From Chloropicon primus (Eukaryota), in NCBI GenBank assembly GCA_023205875.1, contig CP060767.1, positions 496,001 to 560,000 of the forward strand: 64,000 nt of DNA. The letters run 5' to 3'. The stretch's first letter is position 1. Each line of letters opens with the position of its first letter. Shown here one piece after another: positions 1-12,000 of this stretch. A program made the translations under genes and the position numbers. Under the pieces are notes generated by a model. It saw only the letters and a program-made list of their open reading frames with translations, ran no database searches and was not told where the DNA came from.

Positions 1-99
1 GCTTATAGCAATATACGATACAATAATGATGTACATTGCAAGAACAATAAATGTAATTATGTACAAGTTTAAGTTGTGGTAACGAGATTCCTCTCCTCT

Positions 100-3000
100 C
101 TAGAGGTATCTTGACAGCTCTTCATCGAAGCTGTCCCTTCGGATGAAGACTTTGGTTGGAAGGTCCCCTCCCTCCTTCCCTTTCGTATCCTCCTCCTCGT
201 CCTCCTCCTCGGAAAGTTCAGCAAGTGCCTTGGCAACGGAATCCTCGATCTTGCTGTAAGAGCGCGAGTCCAGTGCCTCCTTTGCGACTTCGGAACTCGT
301 TCTCGGCAGGGCAGGAGGGTCCTCAATGTCGACTTCTGCGATAGCCTTGTCGACCGAAATTTGTAACGCCTTGGCCGTGTTCGCCCTCGCCATCAAGGCC
401 TCCTCGGCCGCTTCGCTATTCGTCCTGGTGAACACGGGGTTTCCGATGTCCTCGTTCACTTTCCCGAGCGCGGCGACACTCTGCTGTGCCCTGTGCGCGT
501 GCGCTCTGTATGTTCTCGCCCTGATTTCATCGTCCGCAACTTCGCTGTTGGTTCTCGTGAATACCGGATTGTCGACGTCAACCAGCTCCTTCTTGCCGTC
601 CTCGTTTCTGACAGCAACGACGCTGCTTCGCTCTTCTTTCTCCACCTCTTCCAAAGCGCGGCTCACAGAAGCTTCAACGGCATGGAGGGATTGATCTCTC
701 CTCCACTTTCTCTCTGTCTCTTCCCTTTCCCTCTTCTCCTTTTCCCTCTCCAGGTCCTCGAACGCCGTAGCGACACTAGCTTTGGGGCCACCGGATCCAA
801 GCGTGCCAAGGGATACCAACTGACTGAACCTCTTGCTGTCCCTCGTCTGCCTAACCGCAGGCTTTTTCGTGACCACGACGTCCGGAAGTTCGCCCCGCTC
901 CCTCTCCACCGGCTTGGTGATCACCTCGGGAAGTGGGCTGGGCGGTTGATCCTGCTGTGGCTTCTCGTCCGAGGAGCTCGGTCCGGGCAGAGGGTTGGTG
1001 GTGTAATCGTACAAGTCCATGTCCGAGGATTCAACGGCAACGACCACGAGAGGATTGTCGACCCTCAGGCTGCTCAAGTCATCGTAACGGATCAATCCAT
1101 CCTCTTGGGATTCATTCTCGGCCTTCATCATCTCTAGTTTCACGTCACCCATATCCACGTGCGCTGCGGACTGCTCGAAGAGGTCCTTGTTTCTGAACGA
1201 AAAGAGCTTCCCGAAACCTTGCTTCCTGACCGTGCCGATTCTTTTCGGCTTCAGTGTCATTTTGTCCTGCAGGGGTCCCTGAACCGTCCTCGCCCTTCTC
1301 TCCTTCACTATCCTGGCGACGTAGAGAGACCCGACGCCGCAAAAGAGCAGGCCCGTGAAGACGCAAGCGTAAATCAGCCAATCCGGGATGCCCTTCGAGT
1401 CAGATGCAAGAATAGACGTGCCTTCCTGCTTCTCTCCGATAATAATGTTACTCGTTCCTCCGCTCTGGCTTTCCTCTTCTTCGTCGTCGACGGCGCCCGT
1501 GGAGGTGGCGAGGGCCATGTAAGTTGCCTCTGGGTATGCCTCTTCCAAAGACTTCTGGAGCATGCCGCTAGCTGCAGCCTCCTCTAACTTTTGGCTGATC
1601 TCCTGGGTCACTTGCTTTTGAAGCGCTTCCATGTTCTCCAGCACAGAATTTGCGGTCGTCGAATCCTGAGGCGGGGGTGGAGGCGGCGGTGGCGGTGGCG
1701 ACGCGTCGCCCCCAGCATCCTCGTCCGTCAACGAATCGCCAGCTCGAGAATCCTCTGGATCCACGAAGCCACTCTCGTCGATCGTGTTCTCTGGGATGTC
1801 GTCGTAAAGACCCGATTCTTCCAGCGTTTTGGGGTCCTGCAAGATGATCATGTCGATGATAACGCTGCCTGGGATGACGGAAACTATTTTAATCCTCGAG
1901 GGATCGATATCCAGCAAGCTCGCCATGTTCTCGATGTACCTCTCCTCGTAAAAGTCCGCAAAGTTCATGTCCAATTTCGCGGAAACCTGCACGACCGCTT
2001 CTGTCCTGACTTCCAAAGATTTCCCGGATCCCGTCAGTTTAACGTACAAGACGCCCGCTGACTGGTGCCAGAAGAAGCTCCCGTGCGGCGTGCCATCGCC
2101 AAGCCTTGGAACGCAAGTGGCTTTCACCTCTTCCGACAGGAAACCGCCGCCTCTGCCGATGCACTCCTCGGTAGACTTGAGCGGCATCACCCTTCCGGAA
2201 CCCTTTTGCCAGACAAAGCGCCTTCCTGCGGACAAGTAGTTGATTTTGAGAATCACTTGGCTGTCTCCAGCCGCGTAGGGCAGCCACAACCTGAGCATCT
2301 TCGAGGGCGTCCCCGTGAAGTGAAGGCTGTATTCGTCATTCGTCTCCACGTTCGTCCAGAACGTGGAGAGCCTCTTCTGGCAGGTGTACCCAAAGCACCA
2401 GCCATGGTCCATGGTGTTCACGAGCAGGTCAGACATCTTCGAGCTCTCCTGCTCAAGAATCAATGGCGAAAAGTTGCGAGTCTCGGTGTCCGCGTCTCTG
2501 CTTTCGATCACTAGCATTTGGGGTGGCTGGGAATTGCGGCTCGCTTCCACCGAGCACTCCACGGCGTCCACTCCAAAACTCTTGCATGTGGGATTCGTCG
2601 TGATCGTGCCCTGGTCGAAAACCTTCCTCGGACCGGCGGATGAGGCGTGGCCCATGATGAAGGACGGACCACCCGATTGGGCGAACGTCCCGTCCAAGTC
2701 CGTCAATATCACGTGCTTTGGACCCTGGCAGTTCAGCGGAATCGTCGCCACCGAGTTTCCGTCGGTGCAGTACGCGCTACTACTTGCGATGATGGGGTCC
2801 GCGCAATCGAACGTGGCGACCCCGCAATCGGAGGGGTTGCGCCACATGGGATCAGGCCCGGTGAGCTTCACCTTCCTCGTGCTTCCAAGCCCCACCCAAG
2901 TCGTGTTCCTGAACAAGTGAGGATGGAAGGCGTCAGCTGCGCTGCCGTCGTTCCCGAACGCATAGCGTTCCACTCCGCAGTTGCTGCCATCACCGGCGTC

Positions 3001-6000
3001 GTAGTGAGCAAACACGTTGTCGTTGAGGTACGCGATGCCCTGGACCACAGGGTAGCCCATCTCCTTGTCCCAAGGCTTCTTCTCGGGCCCTGGGCTGAAG
3101 GAGAGGGAAGAGGTGAAGGAGAGCATGCCGTAAGACGGTTCTCTGGAATCTATCCTGTAACTTTGGGTGCTCGTTTGCATGTGGCAGCCGGTGTCGCCCC
3201 CCGTGGAGCACTTGAGGCACTCTTGCTCCGAGGACCGGCTGACAAACACGTTCGAGCTCACCGTTGCGGTTGCTTCCTCCGTCATCCCAGCCTTCCTCAG
3301 AAGTCTGAGGCCAACGTACTTTGTGTCACTGATCACGTTGTTCTCAACAACGATGTTCTCCGGCAAACCCCTCACGGTCCCAAGGATGCCAAAGTCCCAG
3401 TTATGGTGCAGCTGGGACCGCGAGATGAGGGAGCAGCCAGTGCCAGACGCTCGCAGCATCACTCCCACTACGCACGAATGGGCCACATTGTCCTTGAACG
3501 CGGCAGCGGAGGATGAGGAGCAGCCTCCCGCCACAACGTAAAAGCCGATTCGGTCCGATCCGGCGACGACGTTCGATGCGATGGCGTTTCCACCGACCTT
3601 GTCCTCCACGCCTGCAGGCCAAACAAAGTCGTGCTTTGACTTGTCCATCTTCATCACTCCAGCGACAAGATTCTCCTGGACGTGGTTCCCGGAGTTCTCC
3701 AGGACCACGGCTGAGGCGTCCAGACTTTCGTAGATGAAGTTACCCGTTATCCTCACGCCCTTTCCGTTACCCCTGACCTTCACCGCGCCCTCCATGCTGT
3801 ACACCACGCTCGACTTTTGGATGTACGAGTTCGCTTCGGGGGCATTGAAGGTCACGGCGCCGTTCTCGAGCCCCGCCTGGCCGCAATGCCCGACCGCTAC
3901 GTTTTGAATTTGCAGCAGAGCCTCGTTACATATGATTTGGCAGCCAAACTTGCAGTAAGCGGGGTTCTGGGAAGGATGGCAGATGTACTGGGCGGTCGCG
4001 TTGGGCTGCCAGGACACGGCTTGGCTCCGGTATTGCGGATGGTCCAGCACAAGACCGTTGTACTGGTCGGCAGCATCGGCTGACCCGACGCGAATGTTGG
4101 AGCTCATGAGCCCAACCTCCGCCCTCGTGTCCAAGGTCTTGTCGCCAAAGTTCTGGCTCGAGCCAAGGTGGTCGAACCTCAGACTGCCTTTCAGAACGAG
4201 AGTCCTCCCGCCGTTTTGCACCCCCTCGATCTCGTAGATCTCCCGCTCCCAAGGGTTCCACGAGGCGCTCGTCACCAAGATCTCTTGGCCCGCCAGCCAA
4301 GACACTGGCTCCGCCAGCGTGATGGTGTTCGTGCCCTTTGCCGCGGGATCCATCTTGACCCATCTCCGTCCGAAATCCTTGCCGTGCAACGATATCTTTC
4401 CTCCGTTCAGAGATGACAGGACCTTCCCTCCCATCGACCAGTCCGCCAACGGAAGGAACGGGTCGGAGCGGGTTCCAAACAAATTGATCGCCGCGTCCAG
4501 AACGTAGGCGTTGTCCGGCGTGCCGACGGTCAGGCTCCCCTCCACCAGAACGAAGTAGGAGTTCAGGGAGAGAGTGGTTGTCCTGAGGGCTTCCGAGAAC
4601 GTGAACTCTCCCCGGACGTGCAGAGTCCTCAAAACCGGGGAACTCACATCGAGAACGACCTTCATCCCGACCGGGATGAAAACCTCATCCATGTCTTTCG
4701 GAAACCAAATGCCGGACCGCATTTTTGCGTCGAGCTGCTCCTGGTTCGGGAAGCAGGCCGAGCAGTTGCGCCAGGTCACCTCCTCGGAGAACAAGAAAGT
4801 CCCGTTCCGGCTTCCTCCCTCGTAGACATCGCAGCCAACTTCCGGGCATTCGCTTGGCTCGACCCGAAGGGCCCTGTAGTCGCTCACAAGGACAGACAAA
4901 ACGGTGTCCGTTGCGTTGTGCTCCGGGTTGTACTCCACCCGTCCCTTGTCGTAGAAAAAGCTTCCGTGGACGTTCCCTTCCAGGAGGGGGACGTCTGAAG
5001 AAACCTTCGCTCCGTTCACCTTGAAGTGATCCTGACTCTGCTGGTACCTCGTCTTGAGGATCACACTTTCCTTCGCCGGCATGCGGTCCTGCCCGAGGAT
5101 TCTGAACCTCGTGTAATCGGTGCGGTAGGGCGAACCGATTTCCAAAGTGTAGTTGCGTCCCGAAATGACGTGGAAGCTGTGCCCGTGGTTGTTCCACTTC
5201 TGGTAAGGAACCCTGGTTTCGCAGATCGACGAGTTGAATTCGTTCAGGGGGCAACCGTTGCCCTCCTGCCAAACCTTCATGTCGTAGTGGCGCTCATCGT
5301 GAGGCCTGACCTCATCGACCATCACTCGCGTGTGGCGAATTTCAGGCCTGCAGACTTTCCCCCCCACGTTTTGGAAAGCCGGAAAGTCTCTGCACTCCGA
5401 GTCTCTCAGGAGCCCATTCGAGGCCACGATCGACCCCCCGGGCACGGTGGTGCAACCAGAGTTGTCGCACTCTTGGCCTATCAGCGATCCATCGGTGTCC
5501 ACGAACACTCCTTGGTGGGCCCAAGTCCACGATGTAATGGCCGGTTTTTCGCTCATGCCGGTGCCCTTCATGGAAATCTTCTCAAAGTACGTCGAAGCCG
5601 CGCCCTGTCGATCTTTGCATTTTCCACACGCTTCGAGGGCAAAGAACTGGGGATCGGAATCCGTGAAGCCATAAAAGGTAACGTTGCTAACGGCCAGGAT
5701 GGCGGTCGAGGTGATCGGCTTGGGCGATTGGGTGATCAAGCCCCTGATTCCTCGGGAGGATGGCCAGTAGCCCGCCGTCCCCACAAAGCCTTCGCTCGAC
5801 TTGGCCACCACCAGGGAATCGTGGAGCCCCGCCATCTCGGAAAGGGGCGTCTCCGGGCCCTTGCGGTGGTCTTGATTCCAAGTGAACTCGACGCCACCCC
5901 CGTGGTCTTTGCCGTTCACGACATGAGCATTTGGGCCCGCGCCGTTATCAGCGACCTTAAAGCCATGGAATTGCACGCGGCCCACACTCGTGGCGATGGC

Positions 6001-9000
6001 GCCCTTCATTCCATTCTTGTAAGCGACGAAGTTTTTGAGTTGTCCCGTCGTGTGATCGGATCTCCACCACTGCTTCTTGCAAGCGTGCACGAGAGGGCAA
6101 GGGAACCACTCCTCGAAAATTCTCAGCCCGTACTTGTCGCAGGAGTGGGCCGTGTTGTTGTCAAACTCGCCCAAGGGGCTGTACTTTGGACAAACTGGAG
6201 CCGTGGTCACCGACGCGCCGTCCGGGGCATCTCTGAGGCGGAACCAGAATCCATAACCGTCCGAGCCAGCCGCCACGTTCCCCCGGAAATAATTCATCGG
6301 GTTCGTGATCCAGAAAACCGCGGGGCTCGTGTCCGTGTTCAGAGAGCTGTGAGACCTTCTTGCCCAGATTCCTATGTTTCCCTCGAACACGTTCTCCGTC
6401 TCGATTCCATCCTCAAGGAAGTACGCGTGGCCTTCGATGTTGTAAGCAATGTTTTCCAAAAGCCTGAGCCTGTGCGTCCCGTGGACAGCAACCGCGCGGT
6501 GAAAGGAATGGTGAACGGAGTTCCCTTTGAGATAGGATCTCTGGGCATCGCCGTGCATGTGAAAGTGAATGCAGTAACGGCCGAGTCGGGAGCTTTGCCC
6601 GCAGTTTTCCATTTCCACGTGCTCCATCCTCAGGTAGCTCTCAGAGACGCCGCACTCGTCCGCATTGTTTGACAAGCAGTTCCCCGTCCGGTGGTCGTGG
6701 ACGAAAATGTGGGGACCGTACCTTTGGCTCGACGTGAAGTCGGCGTCGCCACGGATCATGACGTTCCTGCTCAGGCATCCAACCTCGGCCCTCATGTCGA
6801 TGACCTCGCCATCAAAGTTGGCTTCCACGCCAAGGTGAGTGAAGTTCAGGGGCCTGGTGATATCGATTCTCACCACACTGTTCTCGCCACTCGCTTCGCT
6901 CAGGCTCGCGATGACGGCCTCTTCGGCCTCGTCGGGCTTTAGACTGGAGGATGCCACGACGATCTTGTCTCCCACCTTCCAATTCACGGGGCCCGAGACG
7001 TGGATGGAGGTGTCCCCTGGATTCGCCGTCTCCGTCAGTTTCGTCCACACTGGCCTCTTCTCCTCCCCGTGTAAGTCCAAGTAGCCCTCCCTTACGGCGA
7101 TCATCTTGGCGCCGTACAGCGGCAGCTCCTGCGAGTTCCTGTCTCCGTGCATCGTAATTGCTGCTTTCCCGGCGTAAGGCTCATCCTCCGTTCCGATCGT
7201 AAGCTTTCCGCCCTTGTGCAAGAAGATGTACTTTGCCTGCAGCTCCAACTCCTCCTGGGATCCGGCCCACACAAGCTCCCCCTCGATCACGACGAGGTTG
7301 AGAGCGGGCGTGGACACGTCTAGCAGGACTGTCGTGTTTTGCGGGACAACCACGCTGTCGCCCTCCTCTGGGGGATCTTCGCCGCCCCACGTCGTTGGCT
7401 GGCTCCAGAAGTCGGCCTGGAAGAACGAAAAGTTTCCAGTGGCGTACCCAAGCCCATGCCAATCCAGAAAGATTTGGTGGGGCCCGCCGGCCCGCTTGGC
7501 AATCGGCAAAGTGGTGCACGTTACTATGTCATGTGTCGCATTCACCGTCATCGCGACACGGGTGCACGAGCCCGTGGACCCAAATGATATCGTTGGCAGC
7601 CCCTCCATCTGGTTGAAGCCCTCGCCCACGATCGTGACCTGCGTCCCGCCCTCCGTCGATCCTACTACCGGGTCGACAGATCTTATCCGTGGAGTCAGGC
7701 TATCGAGGAAGGAATACACCATCCCGGAGACGACAAAGTCCTCCATGTGAGGCGTTTTGACGCGAATGTTCTGCGGGGTGTCCACTTGCTCCTCCTCGGC
7801 GGACGAGGGCGGCGCGATCCTGCACCGAATCTCGGTTTGATCGGCAGAGATCTGCGTGCAGTTTCTGCTCCCAACTTTCACCAGATTCTCCTCGGCAAAT
7901 GTCTCAAAGTCAGCGAACCCCTCACCCGTGAGCCTCAGTATTTGGCCGCCTCCCCTCGTCCCTTGCGTGGAATTAACTCCCAGGACCGTGAGGGGCACGG
8001 TCAACACGTCGGGCCCCAGCTCGGAGTTTCCGGAACTGCTGTTCGAGGTGATCCCAACCTGGTACTCCCCAGAGACAATTGAAGAGAAGTCCTCCAGCTT
8101 GAACGTCAGCCTGCTGTTACTACTGTCAAAAGTGAAGTCAGACGAGGAGATGAGGTCGCCACGCGCACTCCGGAGGAGGATCCTCCGGGCATCTGCGGAG
8201 CTCGCAAGGTGGCCACAGTTGCTGCAGCCCACCGTAACGTCTGTCGTCTTGTAAGCTGTCGTAGGTGTCACTGAATCCACTGCGTAAGAAAACACGTCAA
8301 AGGCCACCGTGGCTGTACCCTGAAGGGTCTTGTCCTGGCCGGGTTCAAACGAAAGTTCTGTCAGAGTGAGCTCGGCGTCTGCTGCTAGATTGAAATCAGC
8401 AGGCTGGAGCAGGCATTTGATGGACTCGCCCGTGCTTTCCAAGACCTCGCACCTCACTTGGCGCGTGTCGGTGGACGAAGCGAGCAAGCGAACCGGTGTC
8501 GCGCAGCTGGAACGGCTGTCACATTGTGGAAACCCGGAGCCGCTCACAGTAAGGATTGTCCCGCCGTGCACAGACCCTCTTTGAGGCTGCACATCAGTGA
8601 CTCGAGGCAGTATCGTCACCTGCTTCAACTCGGTCGAACTCCACGCGGCGTAGTCGCCAGCCTGATTTCCCATCTTGACGTCATAGTGGCCCGCGGGCAG
8701 TGTCTTGCTGACAGAAAACGTCGCGAAGTCCTGCCCAGCTCTCCAGCTCGCCCCCTGGTACGTGAAGTTGCCAACTTGGATCGACAGCGTCTCGGTGCCA
8801 TCCAAGCCGAAATCACCCACAATCGTCAAGTTGTGGTGCGTTGTCGCAAATGCAAAGCTCCTGTGGGAGATGTAAGGCGTCCGGGCCGCGCTGTAGGTTA
8901 TGTCGCAATTTTCCTCCTGGCTGCAGGTCGCATTCACGCCATTGATGTTTGCCTCTACTGTGGCCGCCAGTGTCTGCGAAAAGAGTTTGAAGTCCGCAAC

Positions 9001-12000
9001 CGAGGCGGACAAAGAGCTCCCGTCCGGCACGATGCACTTAATGAGCTTGGACTCGACGTGGGAGACGTTACAAGGCAGCCCACCCACAGTGATCACGTTC
9101 TTCGAGACGTCTCTGGTGTTGAACAACGCGTCGGAGGAGTGAATTTCAAGCAAGCCTCCGCCGGCGAGGGAAAACTCCCTCACGTTCGCAGTCAGAGAGA
9201 TCTTGTTGTACGCCATGAATTTTGTCTGCGAAAGCGCAGCACCCGCATCACCTGCTGCATCAAAGGTGTACAACCCGGCTTCCATGTCCGGCAAGGCGCA
9301 ACTCAGAAAGGAGCTGTTGACCGCCTGCACGCTTCCGCACGAATACCCGAGGCCATTGCTGTCTCCCTGAAGGGAGACGACAGTCGCTCCCGCATCTGGC
9401 CAAAGTCCGGACAGGTAGACTTGCTCCCCGCCTGACCCTGCCGAGGGATAAACAGATTGCACGAGCAAGGTCGAGTTCTCCTCGTACTTGAAAATGCAGT
9501 CAGCGCACGATGCGTGGAAGGTGCTCTCACTGGCCCAGCAAAGGAGCCTGCCCAGATCATCGCTTGTGCTGTACTTTTGCCCGAAGGCATTCTTCATCAG
9601 GGACGGGCACTGGATCACAGTCACCTGGGAGGGTTTCTCCGGCTCTCTGTACTGGCACACCTTCGCAGCGGGGTCCTCCGGCGATGCGTTCGCGGAGCAA
9701 TAACTACGGGTCTTGCAGGTAATAGCACCCGCGGATATGCTTTGCACATCGCACGCTTGGAGTCCGTTTGGGTGCGTTGTGGACACCGGCACACTGAGCA
9801 AAACTTCTGACCCAGCAGAAAATCCCTGGCCAGCGATGGTCAGAATGGTGCCTCCCGCCAGACTCCCCTTTGCGGGGGAAACGGACGTGACCAGCAGCTC
9901 CACGCCAAGCTTGGAGCTCGATTGCAATGTTCTGCCCCCCGTCGTAAGCATCACGTGGTACTTCCCAGGCATGATTCCTGGTAGGACAGAGCACGTCAGG
10001 GAAACCTCGGCGGAGGTCTCGACCGCGCAATCCACATCAGCGTGCTCCTCGGACGACGAGGCCAGAGTCACTTTGCTGATGCTCGTCGCGTCGAACTTGC
10101 CGCTCACGGAGAGGGTTCCACCGCTCGCAGGAAGGGTCTCGGGCGAGAATCCCGAGATGCCGTACTCGTTTTCGTTGATGGACAGCTTGTCAGCAAACGT
10201 GCTCGGCACGGAGTCCACCGCAACAGTCAGATCCCAGTACGGACCCGGAAGCGGTCCAAGGAGGCACTCCAGCTTCGTCGTTGAGCAGACAGGGCAAGCA
10301 AAGTCGTGCGACCCAACCTGAACCTGGTTGCTCGAGCAGTCTGCAGAGAAGCCTTGTCCAGTGACGGTGATCCAAGTCTGCCCATCTCCTGATATGCTCT
10401 TTGGTGTGAAATCGCTCAGCAAAGTGTAATCAAACTCGACGCTGATGCGTTTGCTGGAGCCGTTGTTGCCGACGCTCACGTAAAGGGTTTTGTTTCCGCT
10501 TGTGCCCAAGTTCCCAACTCTGCACCTCAGCTCGGTTGCGGACGCTGATTGAAGCATGCACTCCTCCGCGTCTGCACTGACCACCACCACCTGGTTCTCC
10601 TGCAAGGTCTCCCCAAAGCCAGAGCCTGATATCTTGAGGATCTCCCCGGGAGCGACTTTTTGTGGATCTACGCTCGAGATGTCGGGTATTCCCGTGCTGT
10701 GCGTTGTGTAGGTGCAGTTCCTGCCAGGGCACCCTGCGAGGACGCCGTCGATCTCGACCTCAAGAATCGAAGACTCGGTGGTCTGGAAGCCGTACTTGGG
10801 CAACCTCAAGATGTCCGACCGAAGTGGAGTCTCGAGGGCGTCCGTCGTCGTCGCGATGTCCACGTACGACAGCCCCTCTATGTTTTCACCTTGGATGCCC
10901 GTCAAGTTCAACGACAATGGCTTGGGGACCCACAAGCTTTGAATCCTGGGTAACTCGGTCCTCCAGAAGAACCCGGTCTCGTCGTTGCCCCAGCGGGACG
11001 CAACCCTCGCGTCGATGCCGATCTCCGCAAAACGCCTCTCGATCTCGTTCGAGCTGGCATCGAAGGGCACTCCCGCCAAGCCGCTCCACGTCCCGTTCGT
11101 CGTGTCCACGGCGATGTCAAATGTGCCTCCCAATGGTGTCGAGTGGTTCCTCGACACCACGTAGCCCGCTGTCACGTTCTCTCCCACCACGAGCGATCCG
11201 CCTGAGTTCTCGGTCTGCACGGTCCACGTGACACCGTCACGTGAAGAACGGAACATCTCGCTCCCAGTTGGGAAGGTAAGTTTCCAAGACAGAGTCAGCT
11301 TGTTCCTGGAGACCACGCTGACGCTTGTATAGTTGGTGGCCGTGGCGTTGGCAGCCGCGGTGGTCACATTCACGCTGACCGTGGTGCTTTGGATTTTGAC
11401 AGAGAAGTCCTCCTTCGTGTCGAGTATCTTTTTCATGGCAGTTTTGACTTGCGCTGCGGTCGAGTTCAGCTTGACGGTAGCGCCAGCAAAAATGTTTCCC
11501 GTCGGGTACACGAACGCGGACGAGTTCGCGAGATCCAAGTCGAAACCTTCGAACTTGAAACTCACGATCGGGCCCCAGGCTTGAGACCTCACCCTGATCG
11601 TTTGGATTGCTGGGGCCGAGGCGATCGACGGCCCGACCCGCGTGGGGACGAAGCCCCCCACTTCCATGTCCATCTTCCTCCCGTGAGCCGGCAGGGAAAG
11701 CGCTTGGACCATCACCGGAACGCCCTCCTCCAAGTAAACAGACTCGACCCTCTTCCCCAGCAGACTGTTCCAGTGCTGCCAATCGTTGCTGTAGCGCGAC
11801 GTGACGTTCCATCGAGTGGCGTTGGGGAAGCCCAAAGAGAGCAGAGTTTTGTACGATTTCCTCTCTCCGTAATTGTAGGCCTTGGCTTGCAAAAAGTAGT
11901 TCGTAGTCTCGGGCGGCAAAAACACTGAGGTCAGCCTCAAGCCCCCAGAGTACGCCTCTGGCGTTCTGAACCCCGCGTTCTGCACCACGCTCGTGCTGTC

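Noticed and set aside
5026..6672. Long antisense ORFs (also 36807-37970, 53089-54618, 61440-62762)
   Set aside because: These are shadow ORFs opposite well-supported genes, expected with GC-rich codon usage.
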